A DNA stretch of 63,772 bases, filler included, from Lama guanicoe (taxonomy: Eukaryota), in NCBI GenBank assembly GCA_013239625.1. It is 164 parts of 164 records of this genome, joined end to end, with 100 filler letters (N's around TTAATTAATTAA, not from the genome) between each part and the next. Parts side by side here need not be neighbours in the genome. Positions count along the whole stretch, not along the records: positions 38,140 to 38,429 come from PNXV01053498.1; positions 38,530 to 38,819 come from PNXV01053499.1; positions 38,920 to 39,208 come from PNXV01053500.1; positions 39,309 to 39,598 come from PNXV01053501.1; positions 39,699 to 39,988 come from PNXV01053502.1; positions 40,089 to 40,378 come from PNXV01053503.1; positions 40,479 to 40,768 come from PNXV01053504.1; positions 40,869 to 41,158 come from PNXV01053505.1; 156 more parts are not named here. One strand, given 5' to 3'. A program made the translations under genes and the position numbers. The notes beneath the pieces are model-generated. The model was not told the origin of the DNA and made no database searches. It worked only from the letters and a program-made list of their open reading frames with translations. Shown here piece by piece: positions 38,040-51,005 of the stretch. Numbering within the stretch: the stretch's first letter is position 1; every line of letters starts with the position of its first letter.

Positions 38040-38939
38040 NNNNNNNNNNNNNNNNNNNNNNNNNNNNNNNNNNNNNNNNNNNNTTAATTAATTAANNNNN
38101 NNNNNNNNNNNNNNNNNNNNNNNNNNNNNNNNNNNNNNNAAGGGGGTGCAGATTCTTGGAGGTGGAGCATCTTGCTTTGACAGCTGGCTAACTTGTCTTG
38201 ACGTTTCCTCTTGCAAAGCTCCCGTGCTTGGTGTCATCACTCTAGTGGACTTGTGGTCAGAACAGCCACCCAGAGGCCCTTGCAGGGCGAGCAGTGGGAC
38301 CCTGGCAGGGGCTGGTGGCTCAAGCTATTCCGTGAGTCTTTGTTTCATAACTGACTGTATCTGCCCTAAGGGTCTGGTGCTATGCCTGTTGAGTTCTGCT
38401 GGCTATTGTGAGCGAATTGGAGGGAATCANNNNNNNNNNNNNNNNNNNNNNNNNNNNNNNNNNNNNNNNNNNNTTAATTAATTAANNNNNNNNNNNNNNN
38501 NNNNNNNNNNNNNNNNNNNNNNNNNNNNNGGAGGATGGTGCACTGCCTGTGGGGGTCCTGACTGGTGATGCATTTGGGCAGGAGGGGCCTTGAGGTACTT
38601 TCTGGGTCCTCCTCTGGTGTTGCTGGGGCAACTTCATGGTCTCAGAAAATCTATTCAAAAAACATCCTTGTATTGGTCTCCGTATATACGGAAGTTACTA
38701 AAAATCTCCTTAGTGCTCTGTCTAGACATAGTAGAGGCTAAATAAATATTTAGTAAATTAATGAATGAATAATTTCCATTTCAAAACAGCCCTGGCAAGG
38801 AGAAAACCCTGTTGAAGAANNNNNNNNNNNNNNNNNNNNNNNNNNNNNNNNNNNNNNNNNNNNTTAATTAATTAANNNNNNNNNNNNNNNNNNNNNNNNN
38901 NNNNNNNNNNNNNNNNNNNTTTTTTTTCCAAACCAGCTC

Positions 38940-39208
38940 CTACAGCAATAGAAATAAAAGCAAAAATAAACAAATAGGATCGAATTATACTTAAAAAGTT
39001 TTGCACAGCCAAGGATCCACATCAACAAAACCATCAACAAAACAAAAGGACAATGTACAGAATGGGAGAAAATATTTGCAAATGATTCGACTGACCTGGG
39101 ACTTATTTCCAAAATATATAAACAGCTCATACAGACTAATATCAAAAAAGACAAGCAACCTAATCAAAAACTGGGCAGAAGACATAAACAGACATCTCTC
39201 CAAAGAAG
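38940..39208 (+). mobile_element. L1 ORF2 3' fragment
   Basis: GCAATAGAAATAAAAGCAAAAATAAACAAAT...GAATGGGAGAAAATATTTGCAAATGA...GGGCAGAAGACATAAACAGACATCTCTCCAAAGAAG. Confidence 0.92.
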
Positions 39209-42200
39209 NNNNNNNNNNNNNNNNNNNNNNNNNNNNNNNNNNNNNNNNNNNNTTAATTAATTAANNNNNNNNNNNNNNNNNNNNNNNNNNNNNNNNNNNN
39301 NNNNNNNNCCGGAGAGACTGAGGGGACAAGACAGATGGCTTTGGTAACTGGGATCTCGATTGAGGGACTTCTCCCCGGGGGAAGGGGAGAAAAGAGTTGG
39401 GGAAGGGACTAATTCACATTTTAGCAGAGAGACCAAAGCAGGTGAGGTTCTCTCTTAACACTTCGTTTTAACGAGGCATGAAGGTGACTGCAAGATTTTA
39501 CCTTTTAAACAGAGGCTGTTTTTATTTACCTGGGGGGACAGAGGGGTCGGGGTGGGCTGACACAGGCAGAGGGTTGGGTCATGAGCACACCCTACTGGNN
39601 NNNNNNNNNNNNNNNNNNNNNNNNNNNNNNNNNNNNNNNNNNTTAATTAATTAANNNNNNNNNNNNNNNNNNNNNNNNNNNNNNNNNNNNNNNNNNNNGG
39701 GTGAAAGGGAATTATTAAGTGCCCTCCAGCAATATTTCCTGCAGCCAATGAGCAGAGGAGAAGCCCATCCACGTCTACAAATTTCAAAGAGAAGAAATGG
39801 TTTCAAAGCTCTGTAGAAAATTGCTCCAAATACAATCCAGGTGCAAATTGCGCTGTTGTCAGATGCGTTGTGCTGTGGTGGCGCTTTCTCTGTGGGTTGG
39901 CTTTGGCCTTTGTTTTGTTTAATTTTTATAGTGGTGGGTATGTCTAAATATGGAGACATTTGTAGATTTTATTTATTTATTTCCTTATNNNNNNNNNNNN
40001 NNNNNNNNNNNNNNNNNNNNNNNNNNNNNNNNTTAATTAATTAANNNNNNNNNNNNNNNNNNNNNNNNNNNNNNNNNNNNNNNNNNNNACATCTCAGCAA
40101 GGTTCATATCATCATCAATGTCATATCATAAATGAGTCTGAGTCTCAGAGTGACGATGAGGCTTGACTCAGCCACGGGGTCCGTGAGTGATGGAGCTGTG
40201 ATCCAGGTTCTGCGTGGGCTCAGAGCCCAGGCTCTCTCTACCGCACCCTCCACCTCCAGGTTGGGAACTGGGCACCCTGCTTTCAGCCTCTGTTCTCAGA
40301 TCTGCAATAACAGGTGTTGAATGAATGACGGATCATGTTGAATAAATGAATGGTTGGGTGCACCTGGGTCTTGAATGANNNNNNNNNNNNNNNNNNNNNN
40401 NNNNNNNNNNNNNNNNNNNNNNTTAATTAATTAANNNNNNNNNNNNNNNNNNNNNNNNNNNNNNNNNNNNNNNNNNNNAAAGGCCCTTGGTTCAGAAACA
40501 GCCCAGGGTCGCCACCTGCCACCCTGCGGACACCACACGGGCGGTTTTTGCAAAGAAGACTTTGGCAGCCGTGCCCCAGGCCTCTGCTCTGGGTGGTGCA
40601 TGGAGAACGCAGCATGGGCCTGGGGGCTTCAGTCATGGGACAGCCCCACCCGTCAGCCGCGGAGAGAATCGTTGCTGCCAACTTTGCGGGGCCGCTGGGG
40701 GCCGGGGTCCCACCTCCCAGAGCAGGGCAGGTGGGAACATTGTCCCGTCCGCTGGAAAACATCACTGCNNNNNNNNNNNNNNNNNNNNNNNNNNNNNNNN
40801 NNNNNNNNNNNNTTAATTAATTAANNNNNNNNNNNNNNNNNNNNNNNNNNNNNNNNNNNNNNNNNNNNGTATGTTGTGATCCCCCATTGATTGACCGCCC
40901 TGCAAGTGAACGCTGGCGTGCGATGTGTGTAACTCACTGGGACTCACCCACTCTGTGTTTATGAAAATAAAAAATAATTTGCTATCATTATTTACTGCCA
41001 TCATTATCTGATTCTATCTGTGTCATGGGTCTTCAGTGATGGGATCAAAACGCAATCCACAGGAACTTCGGGCACTACCCTCAGCAAAAAGCTTCTGTGT
41101 TTTGACATGTTTCACCTTTTGGGGGTGACAGCTGTGGATGTCCCTGGCCTGTTCTTTGNNNNNNNNNNNNNNNNNNNNNNNNNNNNNNNNNNNNNNNNNN
41201 NNTTAATTAATTAANNNNNNNNNNNNNNNNNNNNNNNNNNNNNNNNNNNNNNNNNNNNGTGGGGAGTTAATATTTTTTTTTTCTCTAATGATCCAGAAAA
41301 AGATTTTTTTTAAGAACAGAATATGTGCAAAGTTAAAAATATTGCACAGGAATAAAAACATAATTACAATTGTTTGAGCATGTTTTTGGTGCGACTACAC
41401 TTTTTTTTTCTTTTTTGTCTGCAGAAGTCATTCATGTAGGACTGGATGACTCTGAAATATAATAGAACAGTCAGTTAGTTACAAGACTGATTAAATAAGG
41501 CACATCCATTTAAATGGCATTATATATGTGTGTGTTGTATCTAAGTAGNNNNNNNNNNNNNNNNNNNNNNNNNNNNNNNNNNNNNNNNNNNNTTAATTAA
41601 TTAANNNNNNNNNNNNNNNNNNNNNNNNNNNNNNNNNNNNNNNNNNNNGCTCCTTGGCCATAGACTTGCAGCCCTCCACTGCCCTCTATTGGCAGAGCCT
41701 AACATTGCACCAGCTTGCAGGTTCCAGCTTCAGTACCATAAAGCAGAGGGAAGAAAAAAAAAAAGTAGGGGAATGGATTTGGTTGGAACTGAGAGGCAAC
41801 AAATTGGCAACTAGCCCAGAGAGCCTAATCCCTAAAGATGCCACTAAAAATAATGCAAAGAGATAGAGCTTAAAAACTAGTAGATAAATTCAAGTAGAAT
41901 TCTAAAAAAAGTAGTATATATATACATATATATATATANNNNNNNNNNNNNNNNNNNNNNNNNNNNNNNNNNNNNNNNNNNNTTAATTAATTAANNNNNN
42001 NNNNNNNNNNNNNNNNNNNNNNNNNNNNNNNNNNNNNNAACACGCATCTGAGAAGAGCTGCCAGCACACATGACACTTTCAAATAATCATCGCAGGAGAT
42101 ACTGCTGATGGCCACTGGACACAGCTCTGTCCCAGGTTCCCTTAAGAGTTCTGCAATTTATGTTAAACAGCTGCTACAAAGTGTTTTTAAGCTGTAGGAA

Positions 42201-42818
42201 AATTATGACACAATTATAAAGTGAGACAGAACATAATACTTTTGGAGACATTGCAAAAATAAAGTGAGGGTTAAAGGGCTGATTATCAACCATGGGTGTT
42301 TCTGAAACAGCACGTTCACACCCTCAAANNNNNNNNNNNNNNNNNNNNNNNNNNNNNNNNNNNNNNNNNNNNTTAATTAATTAANNNNNNNNNNNNNNNN
42401 NNNNNNNNNNNNNNNNNNNNNNNNNNNNGTGATAGGCCCCAAATTCATAGTGTCTTAAGATATATGGGGTGCAATGGAGTGGTAGTTCTGTCTTCAGGTA
42501 CAGCTGGATCCAGAAGTTCCAAGATTAACTGTCAAACTATACATTTCTAACATATTCTTTCCTATGTTTTTGGATTGACTGTCAGCTTGCTTCCTGCATG
42601 GGATAGTTATAATCCTCAGTTCTACCTCCTACTAGGAGAAAGTGTCTATTTGTCTCTGGAGGGACTCTTAGCAGCCTGCTGGCAATTGCAGCCTTCCTCC
42701 CAGCCATCTCCCTGTGCTNNNNNNNNNNNNNNNNNNNNNNNNNNNNNNNNNNNNNNNNNNNNTTAATTAATTAANNNNNNNNNNNNNNNNNNNNNNNNNN
42801 NNNNNNNNNNNNNNNNNN

Positions 42819-43108
42819 TTTTTTTGCATGTTAAATTACATGGGAAGCATTATCAAATGAGTGATGATAAAACTTCTTAGGTTATATTGCATGGGTAAAT
42901 GTTATTATAAATATTCTAAAAATTATATGAAATCCCTAAAATCTGGAAATGGACTGGTATAATGTTATGATTCCATCTCTCATCTTGAAATGCTATATGT
43001 TGCAGAAATAACCAAATTTCTCTGTCAATTGCATTGTAATCTGATCTTAAAACATAACATTTTGTCTTTATTATTTATAGACAGTTTTTTTTATTCTGAT
43101 GTTTTCAT
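42819..43108. mobile_element. Probable ERV1 (MER4-group-like) non-coding internal fragment
   Basis: AT-rich AAATGCTATATG...CAGAAATAACCAAATTTC..TGTCAATTG block resembling MER4-group internal sequences (from recall). Confidence 0.45.
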
Positions 43109-44019
43109 NNNNNNNNNNNNNNNNNNNNNNNNNNNNNNNNNNNNNNNNNNNNTTAATTAATTAANNNNNNNNNNNNNNNNNNNNNNNNNNNNNNNNNNNN
43201 NNNNNNNNTGCGTTTTCCTTCCCAGACACTCTGATCTCCCATTCTTGCCTCTCTTTGATCATATCAAAACCTTAGAAAACTGAGAAATAGCCTCTTTCAC
43301 CCCTCTTCCAGTACTGTGAGGTACCAAAGACAATGCAGCATACTCCTTGAACAAAACTTGAACTAGAAACATATTTGATTTAACCTTGCCTCACAGAGTT
43401 GCCTAGAATGAAATTGTCTAACAGAAGCCATTCAGGACTGTGAGAGCACAGAATAAATTGCATCACTGGAGCCCCATAAAACACAGTGGCTACTGTATNN
43501 NNNNNNNNNNNNNNNNNNNNNNNNNNNNNNNNNNNNNNNNNNTTAATTAATTAANNNNNNNNNNNNNNNNNNNNNNNNNNNNNNNNNNNNNNNNNNNNGT
43601 TCCAGAAAAGCAGCTCTTGTTGGCCTGCTCACTGGAAGACACCCCCCCCCCCGGGCCTTCCTAATGGCCAGACCTGTGTGCGCCCGGCTGCCGCTGGCGG
43701 AGCCCCGGAGGCTGCTGTCTGTGCTCTGCGGCATCTCATCGCCCTGCTCTCCCAGGCCGGAGGGGTTGTCTCTCTGAGAACCGTCAGTTTACGGTTCCAG
43801 ATCTGCTTCCCCTTCAAAAGAAGGGCCTGAGGTTAAAGGGGAGAAAAGAAGGAAAAAAAAAAAAGCAGGGAAAGAAACAGCTTTTCATNNNNNNNNNNNN
43901 NNNNNNNNNNNNNNNNNNNNNNNNNNNNNNNNTTAATTAATTAANNNNNNNNNNNNNNNNNNNNNNNNNNNNNNNNNNNNNNNNNNNNCAATTGTAAATT
44001 GATTTAGAATAACGCCAAA

Positions 44020-44260
44020 GGTGTGTATGACGTGTGTATGCACACTCACGCACCTTGGGAATTGTGTGGTACATGACTGTGGGTGTGTGTGTGGCTGTGC
44101 GTGCACATGCCTGGGGATGTATGTGGTTGTGTGTATGCTATGTGTGTGTGTGCTCCTGAGGACTTGTGTGGTTGTGTGTATGGTATGTGTGTGTGCGGTA
44201 CATGAGTCCATGTACGTGTGTGTGTAGGGATGTACGTGTGTGTGTAGGGATGTATGTGGA
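44020..44260. repeat. TG-rich low-complexity repeat
   Basis: Degenerate (GTGT)n with a duplicated ATGTACGTGTGTGTGTAGGG unit. Confidence 0.85.
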
Positions 44261-44768
44261 GCAGAGTCAGTGTGTCTGNNNNNNNNNNNNNNNNNNNNNN
44301 NNNNNNNNNNNNNNNNNNNNNNTTAATTAATTAANNNNNNNNNNNNNNNNNNNNNNNNNNNNNNNNNNNNNNNNNNNNTTATGCATTTAAATTTTAACTT
44401 TGTGTATAATTCATTTTTATTTGTTGGTTTACATTATAGATATCTCCTTTATTTTATTGTTTTAGAAAAGTTCTTATAGTCTTATGTCCCACATGAAGTT
44501 AATTTTGTTGTTTATGTTGTTTTCTTTCATACTTTTGACTAAAAAATACTTAAACATCTCCTTGTGATTGTTTTCTAGCTCTAAATATATTTTAAAATAT
44601 GATCTCATAAAATTTAAATTATTTAAATTATATCTTCCATAATTACAAAGACCTAAGGCTATCTCATTNNNNNNNNNNNNNNNNNNNNNNNNNNNNNNNN
44701 NNNNNNNNNNNNTTAATTAATTAANNNNNNNNNNNNNNNNNNNNNNNNNNNNNNNNNNNNNNNNNNNN

Positions 44769-45058
44769 TTCAAGTCTTATTATTTAAGAAATACATTTTG
44801 GAAGGCTTTAGCTGCCATAGACAGTGATACCACTGATGGGTCTGGGCAAATGAATGGAAAATTTTCTGGAAAGGATTCACCATTTTACAGGCCATTAAGA
44901 ACATTCGTGATTCATGGGAAGAAGTCAAAATATCAACATGAACTGGGGTTTGGAAGGAATTGATTTCAATCCTGATGTGTAACTTTGAGGGGCTCAAGAC
45001 TTCAGTGCAGGAAGGAGCTGCAGATGTGCTGAAAATAGCAGGAGAACTAGAGTTACAA
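44769..45058 (+). mobile_element. Tigger1 transposase fragment (decayed)
   Basis: FKSYYLRNTFWKALAAIDSD..DGSGQ, then a frameshift, then FWKGFTILQAIKNIRDSWEEVKIST*TGVWKELI..FEGLKTSV, matching the Tigger1/TIGD1 DDE region. Confidence 0.93.
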
Positions 45059-46328
45059 NNNNNNNNNNNNNNNNNNNNNNNNNNNNNNNNNNNNNNNNNN
45101 NNTTAATTAATTAANNNNNNNNNNNNNNNNNNNNNNNNNNNNNNNNNNNNNNNNNNNNTTTATCCCCATCTCCCCAGGGGCCTGGTCTTGTGGCAGCCTC
45201 TGCTGCCACAGGGTTGCAGGACTCACCTGTTTAGGTCAGCCTGTTTCCTGGAGGCCTGTACGATTTGATCAGGGAGAGGGGAAGACTGCAGTGGTGGCAG
45301 CTGTGAGGGCGGGAGAAGAGCGGCTGCCCTGTGCCAGCCTGTGGATTTGCTCCCATCTCCCCCGTGGCCTGGACTGGGGGCGGCCTCTGCTGCCCCAGCT
45401 TCCCTGGAGGCACGTCCTCAGGTCAGCCTGCTCCTTAGAGGAGGGTGCNNNNNNNNNNNNNNNNNNNNNNNNNNNNNNNNNNNNNNNNNNNNTTAATTAA
45501 TTAANNNNNNNNNNNNNNNNNNNNNNNNNNNNNNNNNNNNNNNNNNNNTTTTTTTTCATGTTATTGAAGATTGCAATTGTACAATAATCGTATATCCTTA
45601 AGATTTTAAAGCACTTGCTTATGAAGTGAGCCATTTTCTAAAGTTTGTTTTTTGAACAGTTACTATTTTTTTCATATTTTGTTTAAATGTTTTACTTGTA
45701 TAATTCATTTTAAATTATTCCATTTTTCTAAAAATTCACCACAGTAATGAAATAGTCACATGTATTAACACTAAGCTTGTCAATCTAACTTCTTTTTTTT
45801 TTTACATTTTTTATTGAGTAATAGTTATTTTACAATGTNNNNNNNNNNNNNNNNNNNNNNNNNNNNNNNNNNNNNNNNNNNNTTAATTAATTAANNNNNN
45901 NNNNNNNNNNNNNNNNNNNNNNNNNNNNNNNNNNNNNNCTCTGTAAGGGCCTCTGCCAGCCTGACTTCTAGTCTCTCTGCTACTTTCTCATGGCTGCAGG
46001 CCTTCCTCCTCTCTGGCAGAAGAGCTAACATGTTTGGACCCTCTCAAGCTCACCCTCACACTAACCAGGACCGCCAGGAAGATGTGTTCTGACACCCTGT
46101 GCCCTGACCTGGCTTCAGTTGGAAGCCTCCATCCTCATAGGCTTACTTCTTCCTCTAGAAAGGAGCTCTCTCTCAAGGGTTTTAGAACTAGACTTCTGCT
46201 ACTGGATGTAACCTTGAGCTAATGACATNNNNNNNNNNNNNNNNNNNNNNNNNNNNNNNNNNNNNNNNNNNNTTAATTAATTAANNNNNNNNNNNNNNNN
46301 NNNNNNNNNNNNNNNNNNNNNNNNNNNN

Positions 46329-46618
46329 GAATCACAATTTGATCCCAGAGAAAATCTCTTGGAGCGAATACTACCCTTGAGATATTTAATTTGATTGGAT
46401 TCCATCAACATTATAATCCGTATTCCGCACATGCTACATGCATGACGGAGACGACAAACATACATTCCTGAGTTGAGAGCATGTGGATTTGTGGTCTTCC
46501 TTCCTCTATAAAAGGAATATGATCATCTAGACCCGTTTACTCATTTTCACAAGCTTTCCCTAACAGCAGTTTCGAATTCGTGCATTTTTCACAGAGAAAT
46601 ACTTCTGGAGCGATTCCC
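46329..46618 (-). repeat. Highly diverged member of satellite family A
   Basis: Internal recurrence CAGAGAAA....TGGAGCGA at ~46347 and ~46592 (period ~245). The reverse complement TTTCTCTGTGAAAAATGCACGAA...TTAGGGAAA and TCCACATGCTC align with blocks in 10891/54903. Confidence 0.65.
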
Positions 46619-47498
46619 NNNNNNNNNNNNNNNNNNNNNNNNNNNNNNNNNNNNNNNNNNNNTTAATTAATTAANNNNNNNNNNNNNNNNNNNNNNNNNN
46701 NNNNNNNNNNNNNNNNNNCCGGCTCGGGCCACGAGGGCCAAGGAGCAGCAGCCTCTGTCCCAGAGCCGCTCACCCGCCCAGACCCTGAGCACCCACCACG
46801 CGCTTCTGGGCAGCTGGCGCCTGCTTGCCCCAGGCCCCCCCGCTGACATCGGCTGAGCCCCTGTCCAGAGGCCCTGACCAAGGGAGCCAGCCAACCTGGC
46901 AGAGGCCCTGCCTCGCTGGGCGCATAGTCTGATGAGGGAGACGGCGGTGACCGACGAAACAGGAACAGAAAAGAAGTGGAGACCCGAAAGCGCTGGCCAG
47001 GGAGCCCGNNNNNNNNNNNNNNNNNNNNNNNNNNNNNNNNNNNNNNNNNNNNTTAATTAATTAANNNNNNNNNNNNNNNNNNNNNNNNNNNNNNNNNNNN
47101 NNNNNNNNATCTAACAAAGAGAAATTAACCCACCTGTCCATAAATAAACTTATATAGCAATGTTTATAGTAGACTTTTTTGTAATAAACCAAAATTCAAA
47201 TATCCATCAATAGGAGAATAAATAATTGTGGCATATGCACAAAGTGTACTGTGTATCCATAAGAACACAACAGAGATGAGCTTCCAGATCATTATACTGA
47301 ATGAAGGAAACCAAACTGAAAATATGTATTGTGTGATTCTACTTACATCAAATTCAGAAATGGGAAAAATTAATTTAGGGATAGAAACCAGAGCTGCANN
47401 NNNNNNNNNNNNNNNNNNNNNNNNNNNNNNNNNNNNNNNNNNTTAATTAATTAANNNNNNNNNNNNNNNNNNNNNNNNNNNNNNNNNNNNNNNNNNNN

Positions 47499-47775
47499 AC
47501 ATGGTTTCCAAATGTTTTCTTCAGTCTCACAGGTTGCCTTTTCATCTGGTTGTTTCTTTTGCAGTGAAGAAGCCTTTAAGTTTGATGGATTCCCACTTGT
47601 TAGTTTTTATATTTCTTGTGTCTGCTTTTGGTGTCATGCAAAAACTCATCGCCAAGACTAATGTCAAGGAGCTATTTTCCTTATCTTTTACTATAAGAGT
47701 TTTATGGAATCAGGTCTTATGTTTAAGCCTTTGATCTATTTTGAGTTGATTTTGGTGAGTGGTGTAATATAGTGG
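47499..47775 (-). mobile_element. L1 ORF2 fragment
   Basis: GGTTGCCTTTTCAT...TTTCTTTTGCAGTGAAGAAGCCTTTAAGTTTGAT...GCCAAGACTAATGTCAAGGAG. Confidence 0.88.
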
Positions 47776-49058
47776 TACATATATATATNNNNNNNNNNNN
47801 NNNNNNNNNNNNNNNNNNNNNNNNNNNNNNNNTTAATTAATTAANNNNNNNNNNNNNNNNNNNNNNNNNNNNNNNNNNNNNNNNNNNNAAAAAAAATTGA
47901 TGTATATCTGTACAATGAAGTATTACTCAACTATAAAAAAGGAAAACCATGGTTTTATACAACACAGATGATCTTATACGTGTAATGATAAATGAAGGAA
48001 TGAAAATATAATTCCATCTATATGAGGTTCAAAAAAGGGCAAAAAGTAATGGATACTGATAGGAGATAAAGTAGTGAGTACTTCTGGGTGGAGGGAAAAG
48101 GCACATCAAAGTCCTTGCAGTTGTCAGGATCATTTTATGTCTTGATCTAGGAAGTGTTCACACACACACACACACACANNNNNNNNNNNNNNNNNNNNNN
48201 NNNNNNNNNNNNNNNNNNNNNNTTAATTAATTAANNNNNNNNNNNNNNNNNNNNNNNNNNNNNNNNNNNNNNNNNNNNCTACCATGAATACGTCTTTCTT
48301 AGCTGATGATGCATCATGCTGGTGGCCGAGAATCTTCTTCCAGAAGTGCAGTTACTTGTACTGTCTACTTTCATACCATCCAGACCCTCTCCTCTAAGAA
48401 AAAGTTCAAGTGTTGAATTGTTATTTACACATTTCTTTTCTTAGTTGCCCCCTCTCTTCCTGTTATGCTTGTTTCTCTTCAATATTTTAGCCCTATCCAT
48501 GAGTACCACCTCACTTACGTTCAGGAGACTGAATTTTCTTCCTTTTGCTGAGATGTTTAGAAGCATGANNNNNNNNNNNNNNNNNNNNNNNNNNNNNNNN
48601 NNNNNNNNNNNNTTAATTAATTAANNNNNNNNNNNNNNNNNNNNNNNNNNNNNNNNNNNNNNNNNNNNCGTAAGCCCAGACCTAGAATTCTGCTACTCAC
48701 TCTGCTCAGTTAGTTTCCGTTCCTCACCTCCTCAGGAAGCCATTACTGAAGTTCTCACGTTGTCAAATCACACGATTTTATTCCTGCTTACCACTGCATC
48801 TTTTAAATAATGATTGGATAACTGTCTTCCAGTTTTATTTGACTCTGATCCAAGGAGAAGTAATAGGTGACAGTTTTTATTTGACCTGTATCTTCAATGC
48901 CTTCCTCCATATCTTATGTAGATGAGAAGCTTCATAAATATTGACTGAAAGAATGAATNNNNNNNNNNNNNNNNNNNNNNNNNNNNNNNNNNNNNNNNNN
49001 NNTTAATTAATTAANNNNNNNNNNNNNNNNNNNNNNNNNNNNNNNNNNNNNNNNNNNN

Positions 49059-49345
49059 TATTCTATATTCTATATTCTGTGTTCTACAATCTATATTTTA
49101 CATTCTATTTCTGTTTTCTGTATTCTATATTCTATGTTCTACATTCTATATTCTGCATTGTATATTCTGTAATCTGTATTCTTTATTCTAACCCCTCTTC
49201 TCTGAATTCCATGTTCTAAATTCTGGGTTGTGCATTCTGTAGTCTACATTCTATATTCTGTATTCTTCATTCTGTATTCTACAATCTGTATTCCGTATTT
49301 TGTATTCTATATACGGAATACTGTGTACTAAATTCCATTTCCTAA
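49059..49345. repeat. Degenerate (TATTCTR)n ~7-bp simple repeat
   Basis: TATTCTA/TATTCTG/CATTCTA units across the whole contig. Confidence 0.9.
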
Positions 49346-49467
49346 NNNNNNNNNNNNNNNNNNNNNNNNNNNNNNNNNNNNNNNNNNNNTTAATTAATTA
49401 ANNNNNNNNNNNNNNNNNNNNNNNNNNNNNNNNNNNNNNNNNNNNGTAGAATCATCACTCATGCTTC

Positions 49468-49595
49468 CTAGGAGACCACACATCTGGTTCGCCCGGGAGG
49501 GTTCTGGCTTGTACCTGTCGTCCCAGCGTAATTACTAATGCCACCTCTTCAGTCTCAAAAGTGTCCAGTTCGGACTATAAATCACGTGGTCATCC
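49468..49595 (-). mobile_element. MER81 (hAT-Blackjack) MITE
   Basis: GCCCGGGA...CCTGTCGTCCCAGCGTAATTA...CTCAAAAGTGTCC...GGACTATAAAT...TGGTCA is the reverse complement of the recalled MER81 consensus. Confidence 0.75.
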
Positions 49596-49835
49596 GATGC
49601 TCCCCTCCCTTGTAAGTGCCCCAGACGCCGCATGGTGGAATGCTGAGAAAGCAGCATGTTAACTACCACGTGGGCAGTTTGAAACAGAACGAGACACTCT
49701 CTAGGGATCACTACCACTGCTTAAATACCTTTAATNNNNNNNNNNNNNNNNNNNNNNNNNNNNNNNNNNNNNNNNNNNNTTAATTAATTAANNNNNNNNN
49801 NNNNNNNNNNNNNNNNNNNNNNNNNNNNNNNNNNN

Positions 49836-49958
49836 TAGTAACCTATAATGGAAAAGAATATGAAAAGGAATATATGTACGTATACATGTGGCAGTCATTA
49901 TGCTCTATACCAGAAACTGACACAACACTGTAAACTGATTATACTTCAATTAAATAAA
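49836..49958 (+). mobile_element. Camelid-type L1 3' terminus
   Basis: GTAACCTATAATG...ACCAGAAACTGACACAACACTGTAAACTGATTATACTTCAAT. Confidence 0.85.
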
Positions 49959-51005
49959 AGAAGCAAGAGGCAAAAACAGTCATGCTGAATAAAAAGTGTA
50001 TTAAAAATAAAAAGAAGTAACGTGTTCATAAAGCCATGCTCAGTCTTTATGAAGTAGACATGGGGGCATGACAGATGTTAATTACACAAGGGGCCCTATT
50101 CCACTGCCAGTGTTTTTATGCAACANNNNNNNNNNNNNNNNNNNNNNNNNNNNNNNNNNNNNNNNNNNNTTAATTAATTAANNNNNNNNNNNNNNNNNNN
50201 NNNNNNNNNNNNNNNNNNNNNNNNNTTCCTAATCCTCCACTTACATGGTCTTCATTTGGAACTCAGGTCTCCTGCTATTGGGGCGCATGGATCCTTTCTC
50301 CAGGGGTTCCCGTGTTAACACTCCATCCACGTAGCCCGGTCCATGGGCACTCCAGTTGGCTTTTCTCTCTCTCTCTTTCATCTTCTCCAACATTATTCCC
50401 TTTACTGGTTTTCCTACAATATTTTGTCTTTACCTTTTTTTGGAGTATTTTCATCCTTTCCACTCCTGTTTAATCTTTCTCAGAAGCGCAAGTTCACACA
50501 CACACACACACACACNNNNNNNNNNNNNNNNNNNNNNNNNNNNNNNNNNNNNNNNNNNNTTAATTAATTAANNNNNNNNNNNNNNNNNNNNNNNNNNNNN
50601 NNNNNNNNNNNNNNNTCATTTTCTAATTCTTTCAGTACCTGAGAACTATCATAAATTTTTCAATAAATATTGTGTTTTATGCCTAAATTGGACAGAGTTG
50701 GCTTATGTTACTTACAATTAAAAACACTAATTAATACACAATTTTGAACCAGAAGTAAGAGTCAAATGACAGAACTTAAATATAAAACTTGGATGACTTG
50801 AAGCATGAAGTGTGGTTCATTCTGTTCTGTCTCAGATCCATTTAATTTACTAAAGAAAAAAATGGATAAACTGTTAACTGTTTATTGGGATTGAACTGTT
50901 TTGGGNNNNNNNNNNNNNNNNNNNNNNNNNNNNNNNNNNNNNNNNNNNNTTAATTAATTAANNNNNNNNNNNNNNNNNNNNNNNNNNNNNNNNNNNNNNN
51001 NNNNN

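Noticed and set aside
44021..44227. Cys/Val-rich and His/Thr-rich ORFs resembling metal-binding proteins
   Set aside because: They are translations of a (TG)/(CA)-rich low-complexity repeat.
44769..45058. Possible domesticated TIGD1 gene
   Set aside because: A frameshift and an in-frame stop indicate an ordinary decayed Tigger1 copy.
46430..46516. CATGCATG plus TATAAAA, suggesting a plant seed-gene promoter contaminant
   Set aside because: The contig has ~245-bp internal periodicity and colinear similarity to satellite A, which explains it better.
46929..46960. Hammerhead-ribozyme-like core CTGATGA...CGAAAC with an upstream CCTGTC
   Set aside because: Stem II does not pair beyond the closing G-C and stem I cannot form. 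The context CCCTGCCTC...ATAGTCTGATGAGGGAGAC is better explained as a decayed L2 3' end.
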